Below are positions 1 to 8,291 of a stretch of DNA of 38,513 nt, piece after piece (positions within the stretch are counted from its first letter, which is position 1; every line of letters begins with the position of its first letter). Under the pieces are notes generated by a model that had not been told where the DNA came from, did no database searches, and was given only the letters and a program-made list of their open reading frames with translations. The DNA comes from a bacterium (lineage in GTDB: Bacteria > Nitrospinota_A > UBA7883 > JACRGQ01). The translations under genes were made by a program, and so were the position numbers. The stretch is taken from contig JAKAGL010000001.1 in the NCBI GenBank assembly GCA_021815535.1, positions 1-38,513 on the forward strand, given 5' to 3'.

Positions 1-9
1 CCGCGTTGG

Positions 10-879
10 TCATTTCCCCGCCTCTATCATATCGAGCAGCAGCGGCAGGTTTTCCTCCTGCCCGATAGGCATAAGGTGAACGCCAGATACCGTTTTCCGT
101 AAGGCGTTCACAAATTCCGCCGCGGCCAACAATCCTTCCCGTACCTGATCGGCGGCTCCGGCAATGCGGGCCGTCACCTCGGCGGGAATCGGGATGGTAA
201 GCACCTTCTGGTTGAGGAACGTGATCATCTTTTCCCCTTTCAGCGGGGTAACGCCGATGAGAAACGCCGCATCCAGCCCTTTTACCGAGGCGAGGAATTT
301 CTCAACCGATGAAATATCAAAGAACGGCTGCGTTTGAAAAAACCGTGCGCCGGCCGCGATCTTTTTTTTTGTTTTGAGCAACTCCAGATCAAACGGCTCA
401 TAGAAAGGGTTGATGACTGCGCCGGTGAAAAAAGGACGCACACTCTTGACCGGCTTGCCGTTCATCGCCATGCCGTGCGCGAGGTCGTTGGCGGCCTTCA
501 GAAGCTGTACGCTGTCAAGATCGTACACCGGCCGGGCATCCGGGTTGTCTCCCATCGTCGGAAAATCGCCGGTCATGGCGCAGAGGTTCTCGATGCCGAA
601 GGCCATCGCGCCAAGCATGTCGCTCTGCAGGGCCAAACGGTTGCGGTCGCGGCAAGATACCTGCCAGACCGGTTCGCAGCCAATGTCTTTCAAGAGCTTG
701 CAAAACGCCAGCGACGACATCCGCATCATGCCGCGCTGGTTATCCGTCACGTTTACGCCTTCCACACGGCCGATGGTTTTTTCGGCGATACGGAGGAATG
801 ACGATGCATCGGCCCCTTTGGGCGGGGGTATTTCGGCGGTGATGCAGAACCGGTCAAGGCTTTCCTGAAGCTTGGACAT
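10..879 (-). CDS. metF: Methylenetetrahydrofolate reductase (MetF, short bacterial/anaerobe type)
   Basis: 289-aa ORF with an MTHFR-like sequence read by eye (VNVTDNQRG..., GARFFQTQPFFD, LIGVTPL). It starts 8 nt after the metV stop on the same strand. Confidence 0.85.
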   Translation of the reverse strand: MSKLQESLDRFCITAEIPPPKGADASSFLRIAEKTIGRVEGVNVTDNQRGMMRMSSLAFCKLLKDIGCEPVWQVSCRDRNRLALQSDMLGAMAFGIENLCAMTGDFPTMGDNPDARPVYDLDSVQLLKAANDLAHGMAMNGKPVKSVRPFFTGAVINPFYEPFDLELLKTKKKIAAGARFFQTQPFFDISSVEKFLASVKGLDAAFLIGVTPLKGEKMITFLNQKVLTIPIPAEVTARIAGAADQVREGLLAAAEFVNALRKTVSGVHLMPIGQEENLPLLLDMIEAGK

Positions 880-887
880 TGTGGCTC

Positions 888-1550
888 TTATTTTCCGCGG
901 CGGACAGGCTGTTCAATTTTGTGCGGCATGTTCGCCTTTCTTCGCCCTTTCGGGGGGGTTATTTCAAGAAGGTCGTCAAGACGGCCCTGGCTTTTAAGGC
1001 GCTCATATATTTCTATCCAGACGCATTTATTGGTCTGGTCCACTTCGCACATCCCCCGTACCGCGCCACCACAGGGGCCGTTGAGCAGCCCTTTGGCGCA
1101 CCGGGTTTCCGGGCAAAGCCCAGCGGTATCATTCAGCACGCATTCTCCGCACGCGCTGCATTTTTCATAAAAATTCATCTGCCGTTTTGAGTTGCCGATG
1201 AAGAGCGAATCGCAGCCGCTGATGACCGGCTTATCGAGCGAATCTCCTACCGCCTGCACACCCGCGCCGCAGGCGAGCACCAAGATGGCGTCAGATTTGC
1301 CAATTTCCTCTTTGAATTGCCGCCCGATGCGCTGCACATCCAGTTCGTGGCAGGTGGTGTGCGGAACCGTGCCGCCTATAACGGCCACCCCTTCGGCGGC
1401 CAGCTTTTCGGTCATGGCGGCAACCTCGGCTTCACCGCCGGTGCGGCAGAGCGTGGCGCAATCTCCGCATCCGAAAATGAAAAGCGATCGTGCGCCGCGC
1501 ACCCCTTTCATGATTTCGGCAAACGGCTTTTGTTCTGTAATTATCACCAA
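888..1550 (-). CDS. metV: MetV, Cys-rich MTHFR C-terminal-domain partner of MetF
   Basis: 220-aa ORF with Cys clusters (CGDCATLC; CSACGECV...CPETRCAKGLLNGPCGG) typical of the MetV family that sits directly upstream of metF. The start is TTG at 1550 or GTG at 1547, and no SD is visible. Confidence 0.8.
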   Translation of the reverse strand: MVIITEQKPFAEIMKGVRGARSLFIFGCGDCATLCRTGGEAEVAAMTEKLAAEGVAVIGGTVPHTTCHELDVQRIGRQFKEEIGKSDAILVLACGAGVQAVGDSLDKPVISGCDSLFIGNSKRQMNFYEKCSACGECVLNDTAGLCPETRCAKGLLNGPCGGAVRGMCEVDQTNKCVWIEIYERLKSQGRLDDLLEITPPKGRRKANMPHKIEQPVRRGK

Positions 1551-1718
1551 CGTATTATAGCGCAGAGCCGTGCAGGGTAAAACAATTTCGCGTCCAGCGG
1601 CGGGAAAGGAGTGTTAAAGCCGGGATTTGAAGTCCCGCTCCGATGGCTTTTCCTCCGGTATCTTCATCAATGCAGCATATTTATAATATTCTAAAAAAAT
1701 TAACTCGTAAGCAGGTAC

Positions 1719-1747
1719 TTGAAAAATGCCGTCATATAAGAGATTAT
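1719..1747 (+). promoter_or_regulatory. Candidate sigma70-type promoter for the CBS-domain gene
   Basis: TTGAAA (1719-1724), a 17-nt spacer, then GATTAT (1742-1747). It is followed by SD GGAGGAG (1764-1770) and the TTG start at 1778. Located in an AT-rich divergent intergenic region. Confidence 0.3.
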
Positions 1748-1777
1748 GCTTGTTAGTCGCTACGGAGGAGATGAAGG

Positions 1778-2542
1778 TTGGATATTAAATCGATAATGAC
1801 CCGGCCCGTCGCCACTGTGACCCGTAAAACCACCATAAAAGAAGCTGTTCAAAAAATTGCAAAAAAGAGCATTAGCTGCGTTGTTGTCACGGAGAAGAGG
1901 ACGCCTATCGGCATCTTTACAAAGTTCGATCTGCTTTCAGTCCTTGATGGCGGTCAGGATATGGTGAAAACGGCGATGGAAACGGTTATGCATACGCCGG
2001 TGATGCCAATTGAGGAGAACGACGATCTGTTCTCGGCGGCGCGTCAAATGGAACGGCTGGAAGTGCGCCGATTTATCATTGTTGATCGCGAAAACCGGCT
2101 GGCAGGCATCGTCACCAACGGCAATATCATAAAGGCATTCGCGCAACGCGCATTTCCATATAACCAACCGCTCGCGGCCTTGGCACAGCCGGGACTTACC
2201 GCCACATTGAAAACCCCTTTGAAAAAAATTGCCAGGATGATGATCGAGCATCGTTCTGCCTGTGTGGTGATCTTGAAAAACAACAAACCCGTGGGAATCA
2301 TTACCGAAGGTCTGTTCGCCAAGCTGGCCGCCAAGGGCGCTAAACCTCTTGCGGGAACCGCTGAAACAAAAATGATGAAGAAATTCACGATGGCCGAAAA
2401 TACCGCCTCGCTGCGCGAAACGGTTATCAACATGGTTAAGATGAAAATGCACGAGATTGTAGTTGTCGCTTCCGATAAACGCCACTTTGGGGTCATCACC
2501 CAGCGTGATTTGGTGCGTTTCATCGAAAAAAGTCAGATATAA
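1778..2542 (+). CDS. CBS-domain protein (four CBS repeats, two Bateman modules)
   Basis: 254 aa with a repeated ~60-aa pattern (IMTRPVATV...SCVVV, VMHTPVMPI...RRFIIVD, GLTATLKTPL...ACVVILK, KKFTMAENTSL...HEIVVV). A GGAGGAG SD lies upstream of the TTG start. Confidence 0.8.
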   Translation: MDIKSIMTRPVATVTRKTTIKEAVQKIAKKSISCVVVTEKRTPIGIFTKFDLLSVLDGGQDMVKTAMETVMHTPVMPIEENDDLFSAARQMERLEVRRFIIVDRENRLAGIVTNGNIIKAFAQRAFPYNQPLAALAQPGLTATLKTPLKKIARMMIEHRSACVVILKNNKPVGIITEGLFAKLAAKGAKPLAGTAETKMMKKFTMAENTASLRETVINMVKMKMHEIVVVASDKRHFGVITQRDLVRFIEKSQI

Positions 2543-2560
2543 ATACGCGGGACACACCGC

Positions 2561-3655
2561 ATGTATCAATTGTTCAATTCAAATCCTTTCGGCTCGCTGC
2601 TCCCCGCGGAGACCGCCGCGGCCATCACTGAAGGGCTGAACGGGAACTATCATTACGCCTTCGAATTTGAACCGGGTTGTGGCGGGGCTTTATTTGCCGA
2701 ACATCTCGCCAAACATTTTACCAGCGGGGAACGTCTTCTTTTCAACGCCGATATTCACATGGCCACCGGTGACGAACATTTAGTCAAGATTCTGTCGCGT
2801 TCATTCGTTCAGACATTCGCCGGCGATCTAGGCAGGATTGAAGGAGCGTTGAAAAAACTGATACCAACCGCCACCCCTCGTCTGGTGATGGATGAAAGTC
2901 CGCATGTTGACATCGATTACGGCGCCGAACCCGATAAATTATTCTCCAACCTCATCGATCTTCCAGAATTGATGGGTATAAAGGAGGGCCGCAATGCCAC
3001 GGTAATCTGGAGCGGTTTTTGCAGGATTGAAGAAATTTTTGGTGCGGAGGGGCCGCGCTTTTTCACCGATAAAGTGCACACACAGACTGTTACCAATCAC
3101 ATCATGATCGGTTCCGGCGTAACAAAGACTGCGCAAAAACTTAATGACAGGGTATCGGGCCGGGTGCGAATTTTCAATGGCACAGGGCTTGTACCGTCAA
3201 ACATATTGGAAGCGTTCCTGATAGAGGGATCTATGGAAGGGGAGGGAGCGCTCAATGCTGAGACCGCCGCAACTATTGTCCGGTTGGCCAACGGAAAACT
3301 GGAGGCAGCCCTCAACATTGCCAAGGGTTATAGCTGCTATTGCGGATCAGTACCGGATGCAGTGGCCCTCGCCCGCGCAATGGATGATATTCTTGCAAGT
3401 GCAGCTTCTGCATATGAACAGGTGTGGGAATTGCTCAATCCCCGCCAAAGGGGAGTGCTTTACGGCCTCACCCGCAGCGAGGATAAAAGCATCTACTCCG
3501 AATGGTTTATAAAGGAGTTTGGTTTCAAGACCGCGACCAACCTGCAGGCTGCAATACGTGCGCTGGACGCCAAGGGAATTCTGTACAAGCGTGGAAAGCG
3601 CTGGATATTTTCCGATCCGTTCTTCGCCCTTTGGGTAAAACGCAAGTGCCGGTAA
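2561..3655 (+). CDS. Hypothetical protein, archaeal-ATPase/DUF234-like with no recognisable Walker A
   Basis: 364-aa ORF. The C-terminal segment (AIRALDAKGILYKRGKRWIFSDPFFALWVKR) resembles the winged-helix/DUF234 tail of PF01637-type ATPases. The expected P-loop position reads EPGCGGALF, with no GK[ST]. Confidence 0.5.
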   Translation: MYQLFNSNPFGSLLPAETAAAITEGLNGNYHYAFEFEPGCGGALFAEHLAKHFTSGERLLFNADIHMATGDEHLVKILSRSFVQTFAGDLGRIEGALKKLIPTATPRLVMDESPHVDIDYGAEPDKLFSNLIDLPELMGIKEGRNATVIWSGFCRIEEIFGAEGPRFFTDKVHTQTVTNHIMIGSGVTKTAQKLNDRVSGRVRIFNGTGLVPSNILEAFLIEGSMEGEGALNAETAATIVRLANGKLEAALNIAKGYSCYCGSVPDAVALARAMDDILASAASAYEQVWELLNPRQRGVLYGLTRSEDKSIYSEWFIKEFGFKTATNLQAAIRALDAKGILYKRGKRWIFSDPFFALWVKRKCR

Positions 3656-3670
3656 CCGGCTTGGCCGGGA

Positions 3671-5110
3671 TCAACCTCCTTTTTTTCCGGTGAGTTCCCA
3701 AAAAAGGCCGCGTATTTCACGCGGGATAAAGGTGAAATGGGCTTCGTATGCTCCGTCTGCGAGCATTTTTGTAATCTTGGCGTAAAGAGGAGCTTCCCTT
3801 CCTGATCTCAATGTGCCGGTCAGGGTTAATTTGACGTTAAAGAAAGGGGCAAGCGGTTTATCCGGGCGTATAAGCCCTCCTTTCTCTGAAAGGCCGTCAA
3901 TGGTGGCATGGAATTTCTCCCCGCTTGAATGTTTTTCCTCCAGGATTTCACATTCCACCGTTATGGGGGTTTTCAACATGGTAAATTTTATCCGTTCTTC
4001 GGGAAGCGCGAGATTGAATTTTCCTTTAATACCCTTTACATCGTAGATCATGGTCGGTTTGCTGAACCCTTTGAACGGGATGAAAAATTCCCCGTCGGTT
4101 TGCACCTCTACGCCTGCGTCCTTTAACACCGATTCGGTGGCGAGGATTTGTCCTCCCACTGTCAGCGATTCCACCCGACCCGCCAGATTGACCGCGCTTC
4201 CCACCACGGCATACTTCGCCCGAAGATCAGACCCGATATTGCCAGCCACCACCAGCCCCGTATTCAGCCCGATTCCCATTACCAACTCCACCAGCCCCGA
4301 TTCCCTGTGACGCCGGTTCACCTGTTCCATGGCCAACTGCATTTCCACCGCGCAGGCTATTGCGCGGGCGGCATCGTCTGGACGCGAAACCGGTGCGCCG
4401 AACAGCACCAACAAGGCATCTCCTATGATTTCGTTTATCACGCCGGAGTGTTTCGAGATGATGCCGGTCATGTCCTTCAGATAGCCGTTCAGCATGTCAA
4501 CGATGGTTTCGGCGCTATAGGCTTCGGATATGGAGGAGAAACCGCGCAAATCCGTCATCATCACCGTCGCTTTGACGCTTTCTCCACCCAGCTTCAGCCC
4601 GTCGGGCGATTCCAGCAGTTTTTCCACAACCTCATCGGACATGTAGCGTCCGAAAGTCTTTTTAATGAACTGGTTCCGCGTCTCAAGTTGTTTATAAAGC
4701 CGTTTGTTTTCGTCGGTTATTTTGCGGATCTCGAACACTTTCCGCGCGTGAAGGAGTATCTCGTCCCGGATGTGATCGTCTTTTACGATGTAGTCGTCGG
4801 CGCCGGCGTGAACGGCTTTTATAGCGGTATCTTCGTCCTTCCTGCCGGTCAGAACCACAATTGGAACGTCGCTCTTGGCGGCGCGAAGTTTTTTTAGCAA
4901 TCCCAGGCCGTCCAGCACCGGCATATCCATGTCGGTAATAACCAGGCAGACATCGCGATGTTGAAAATATTTTTCAGTGCCATCTTCGCCGTTTTCCGCT
5001 GAAATGACCGAATAGCCGCCGCGGATAAGCGTTTCCGTGAGCAGGAGGCGCATATCATCCGAATCGTCTACGATCAGTATTTTGCCCAGGCCGCTTGCGT
5101 CGCTTTTCAC
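3671..5110 (-). CDS. Response-regulator receiver fused to a class III nucleotidyl cyclase, with a ~100-aa C-terminal beta-rich extension
   Basis: REC motifs are present (ILIVDDSDD, ITDMDMP, VLTGRKD...KAVHAGADDYIVK). Cyclase motifs are present (MMTDLRGFS, IIGDALLVLFGAP, GLNTGLVVAGNIGS, YAVVGSAVNLAGRVES). GTG start, preceded by GGGGGAG. Confidence 0.9.
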   Translation of the reverse strand: MKSDASGLGKILIVDDSDDMRLLLTETLIRGGYSVISAENGEDGTEKYFQHRDVCLVITDMDMPVLDGLGLLKKLRAAKSDVPIVVLTGRKDEDTAIKAVHAGADDYIVKDDHIRDEILLHARKVFEIRKITDENKRLYKQLETRNQFIKKTFGRYMSDEVVEKLLESPDGLKLGGESVKATVMMTDLRGFSSISEAYSAETIVDMLNGYLKDMTGIISKHSGVINEIIGDALLVLFGAPVSRPDDAARAIACAVEMQLAMEQVNRRHRESGLVELVMGIGLNTGLVVAGNIGSDLRAKYAVVGSAVNLAGRVESLTVGGQILATESVLKDAGVEVQTDGEFFIPFKGFSKPTMIYDVKGIKGKFNLALPEERIKFTMLKTPITVECEILEEKHSSGEKFHATIDGLSEKGGLIRPDKPLAPFFNVKLTLTGTLRSGREAPLYAKITKMLADGAYEAHFTFIPREIRGLFWELTGKKGG

Positions 5111-5262
5111 CAGCTCCCCCGCTTTTTGAAATGCTCTTTTCCGCTTGGATACGACTGTTCCAACAAAGCTATTCTAATTGAAATTTACGGCGGTGGTAAT
5201 ATGCTTTTCCGGCGTCAAGGGCAATATCCGGGCCATGGAACAAGAGGTGGGTTTTGTTAACG

Positions 5263-5298
5263 AAAAAAGGCCGGCGGACACACCGTCCACCGGCCTTT
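5263..5298 (-). terminator. Intrinsic terminator downstream of the cNMP-binding-fold gene
   Basis: On the minus strand, AAGGCCGGTGGAC-GGTGT-GTCCGCCGGCCTT forms a ~13-bp stem followed by a T-run. It begins 10 nt after the stop at 5308. Confidence 0.75.
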
Positions 5299-5307
5299 AT
5301 GAAACCG

Positions 5308-5787
5308 TTATTTTCGCTTTTCCCGGCTCGAAAGAGTTTCGTAAAGCTCTTTCAATTCGTTGAACACTTCTTTGACTTCTCCCCGGCCTTTGGCGGGAAC
5401 GCTCAGTTTTACCGTGCCAAGTTCGGCCAATCTGCCGCGTGCAATTTCGATTTTGTTGTAAAGCTCGATCGACTCTATGACGGCGGAAAGATCATCCCGG
5501 TTCAAGGGCATTTCGTTTCTGATAAGGCCCATGATGTGATCCATGTAAGGGGTTTCAACTTCCACATCGGTTTCCGCCCGGACAGACGCGGTAGGCTTGC
5601 GGTCGTTGAAGAGGGCCAGGATGCCAAGCACCCGGGGCGTATCGCCTGGTTTAACCTCCACTTCGTTGATCTTTTTTCCCTTCAAGTGCACCGATACTCG
5701 GCCTTCGATGAGCCGGTAGAGATGAAACATCCTTGTATCGCCTTCGGTGATGAGCCATTGTCCCTTGTTTAACGTCTTGCTTCCCAT
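5308..5787 (-). CDS. cNMP-binding-fold (CAP effector domain-like) protein with a C-terminal coiled-coil tail
   Basis: I prefer the ATG at 5787, with SD AGAGGGA about 8 nt upstream, over the TTG at 5877. The beta-roll pattern is FHLYRLIEGRVSVHL...VKPGDTPRVLGILALFNDRKPTASVRAETDVEV. Confidence 0.7.
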   Translation of the reverse strand: MGSKTLNKGQWLITEGDTRMFHLYRLIEGRVSVHLKGKKINEVEVKPGDTPRVLGILALFNDRKPTASVRAETDVEVETPYMDHIMGLIRNEMPLNRDDLSAVIESIELYNKIEIARGRLAELGTVKLSVPAKGRGEVKEVFNELKELYETLSSREKRK

Positions 5788-5996
5788 CTTAAAATCCCTC
5801 TTTGTAATCGATATTTTTTTCAGATGACTTCTTCTATTGAGCCTTCGTTGAAAGGTTAATAGTATGAGTCCCGGCAAAAATAGTCAAATAATGCTTCCCG
5901 GGTTTTTTGCGAATGGTCCCTTGAATTTGGTTTTTGGATATCAACAAGGGATTGGCCGTAAGCCTGTATTAAGAGAAGGGTGAAGGTGGAAAAAAA

Positions 5997-6072
<76 letters not shown>

Positions 6073-6183
6073 ACTTTAAGGAAGGCATGATTCTAATTTA
6101 CTGCCGACGTTTCCGCAAGCGTCCCGCAACATTTTTTTCCAGGGGCGGAAATGGAGTCTTGGGTGAGGGTTCTCACGAACCGT

Positions 6184-7086
6184 TCACTGATGCCGGGCCA
6201 AAATATCATGCAAAGAAAATTTGAGGTTCCCCAACTTGCCGCCGAAGTTGGCGGCGCCTATCTTGACCACCCCTCCGCCACCGCAGGCGGCGCGGATTCC
6301 CGCGGCCATGGCCGCTTCTGCGATGGCATTGGAAACCGCGTCAATGACGATCTCGAATACCGCTTCCACTTTTGGCGGCAGTTTCCGGTTCGGGTTCTTT
6401 GCGGCCGGTATGGTGGGGCAATAATCCTCTTGAGTGGATGCCGATAAAAAATCATATTTGCCGCCCAGCCTGCTGGCGGCCGCTACCACCCCGCCCGCAA
6501 AGGGCAGAATAAGCCCCGGCAGCGAAGATATGGCATCCGCGGCCCGTTCAGCCGCGCGTAGTCCGGTTTTGTTGCTCTGGGCAAAAATCCAGAAGTTCGC
6601 TCCGCCCACCCCTTCGCCGATGTTCACCGATCTTTCCACAATAAAATCTCCGGCGGTGCAGGGGATCGCGACGCAGCCGAGTCCATGATGTTTTTCTTCC
6701 CGCTGAAAGCCGTTGCCGAAATAGCCCAGTTTGTCTCCCAACGCGAAAGGTGTGCCCGCATCAAGCCCGTTGAATACCTGTACGGCCGGGGCGGGCAGGC
6801 AGACTTGTCCCACTCTTTTGATCAGCTCCTTGCGCAAATCATCCGCGGTGCGGGCGAAAAAAAGAAGCCGCTCACCGGGGCGGCCATCGGGGGTTTTAAA
6901 ATCGGCTGTGTGCGCCTCCACCCCCGCCTCGCATCCGCAGGCGATAATGGAGGTGGCGCAACCCGTGGCAAGGCGCGATACCGTATGCGCCCACTTGCCG
7001 GTCCGCGCGGTCACAATGATACGTGAAAACGGCATGGCGAATGCCTCGGCATGAATGTCATCCACCGCTACGCCGTTTATTTCCAT
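6184..7086 (-). CDS. Formylmethanofuran:tetrahydromethanopterin formyltransferase family protein (Ftr/FhcD-like)
   Basis: 300 aa, the length typical of the family. The N-terminus MEINGVAVDDIHAEAFAMPFSRIIVTA...KWA and later blocks match Ftr/FhcD as I remember it. Its start overlaps the upstream FwdA-like gene by 10 nt. Confidence 0.8.
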   Translation of the reverse strand: MEINGVAVDDIHAEAFAMPFSRIIVTARTGKWAHTVSRLATGCATSIIACGCEAGVEAHTADFKTPDGRPGERLLFFARTADDLRKELIKRVGQVCLPAPAVQVFNGLDAGTPFALGDKLGYFGNGFQREEKHHGLGCVAIPCTAGDFIVERSVNIGEGVGGANFWIFAQSNKTGLRAAERAADAISSLPGLILPFAGGVVAAASRLGGKYDFLSASTQEDYCPTIPAAKNPNRKLPPKVEAVFEIVIDAVSNAIAEAAMAAGIRAACGGGGVVKIGAANFGGKLGNLKFSLHDILARHQ

Positions 7087-8291
7087 ATCCCGTTCTCCAC
7101 GATGGTTTGTCCATTACGAATCACATATTCCGGATGGGCGAACATCTCCGCCACATCGTGTCGTTCGCGTAAGAGTACCACGTCGGCCTGTGCCCCGTTG
7201 CCCAGATGCCCCCGCTCTGTCAATCCGCAGGCGGCGGCGGGGGCGGCACGGGTGATACCAGTGATTTCCTCAAGAGACAGTTCGCGCCGGATGTGCGGCA
7301 ACGTGGATACCGCGACGGCGTCGGCGTTGAGTTCAGCGCAGAAAGCGGACCGGCGGTCACGCTCCATCAGCATTGCGATGATGGCCGGATACCCGCCAAC
7401 GGAACCGCCGGAGGGATAATCGATGGACAGGGAGAGGCGTGAAAGGTCTTTTACGGAGAGAATGAGTTCCATGGCTGCAAGCCAAAGCGCCGCGTCGATA
7501 TACCGCTCCTTTTTGAATTCGTAATGAACGGCGTAAAAGGGGGATTCGGGATGATACATCGGTTTTACGCCGACGCTTTGGGAAATACGGCCGGCCAGCG
7601 CAGCATCCGTGGTTAATGTGAGCGCGGGGCCGAAGACGACCGGGCCGCAATCGGCGGAAAGGTTTTCGTGTTCATCGAGCAAAGCGGCGGCGGCTTGGCC
7701 GCGCGGGCCGAGGCGGCCGCCACTGTTTTCGAAAGCATAATACGAAATGTGCGAGAGGTGGCATCGCTGTCCCTTCGAACGCAGGGCAAACGACTTTAAT
7801 CCCGCCAACCCCTCACCTTGAGCCAGATGAGGAAGATGAAGATGTGGAGGATTTTTTAAATGAACGGTGGACAGCGCCGCGATTGCCCCGGCTTCGCCAA
7901 ACAGTTTCTCGCCCAGTGCGCCGGTGGCGTCATGTTCAAAAGAAAGCCATCCGCCATCCATCCCACATTCCCGCATAAACGGGATGAAGCTGTTTCCCTG
8001 CGAGGCGGAGATGCCCGGTTCCACCCAATATGTTATTCCTTGGGAGAGAAAGTTCCGCGCCGTGAGAGATGCATTTCCCCACACTCCCAGCGGAAATTTC
8101 TTGCCCATCGCCGCCACGGCATAGCAGTGCGCATGGATATCGATACCGCCGGGGAGGGCGATGCATCCACGCGCGTCAAGCGCCACTCCGCCGCCATGAC
8201 CGCCAATTCTCGCGCCATCCACGAAAATGTCCGCCACCTCTCCCGCTCTGCCGTTCGTGGGGTCGAACAGCTTCGCACCTGTGATCTTCAC
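7077..8291 (-). CDS. FwdA/FhcA-like amidohydrolase (formylmethanofuran dehydrogenase subunit A family), short form
   Basis: FwdA-like blocks are LPGGIDIHAHCY (HxH), PHLHLPHL, CHLSHISYY, SLSIDYPSGGSVGGYPAIIAMLM and EEITGITRAAPAAACGL..GHLGNGAQADVVL. It is only 404 aa, against about 550-570 aa recalled for FwdA/FhcA. GTG start in a GTGA overlap with the upstream gene. Confidence 0.7.
   Translation of the reverse strand: MKITGAKLFDPTNGRAGEVADIFVDGARIGGHGGGVALDARGCIALPGGIDIHAHCYAVAAMGKKFPLGVWGNASLTARNFLSQGITYWVEPGISASQGNSFIPFMRECGMDGGWLSFEHDATGALGEKLFGEAGAIAALSTVHLKNPPHLHLPHLAQGEGLAGLKSFALRSKGQRCHLSHISYYAFENSGGRLGPRGQAAAALLDEHENLSADCGPVVFGPALTLTTDAALAGRISQSVGVKPMYHPESPFYAVHYEFKKERYIDAALWLAAMELILSVKDLSRLSLSIDYPSGGSVGGYPAIIAMLMERDRRSAFCAELNADAVAVSTLPHIRRELSLEEITGITRAAPAAACGLTERGHLGNGAQADVVLLRERHDVAEMFAHPEYVIRNGQTIVENGIWK

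Noticed and set aside
5178-5772. Plus-strand ORFs (61 aa and 172 aa) between and over the cyclase and cNMP-binding-fold genes.
   Set aside because: The 172-aa ORF is antisense to the CNB-fold gene, which has a good SD and a domain pattern. The 61-aa ORF spans the terminator hairpin. Neither has an SD.
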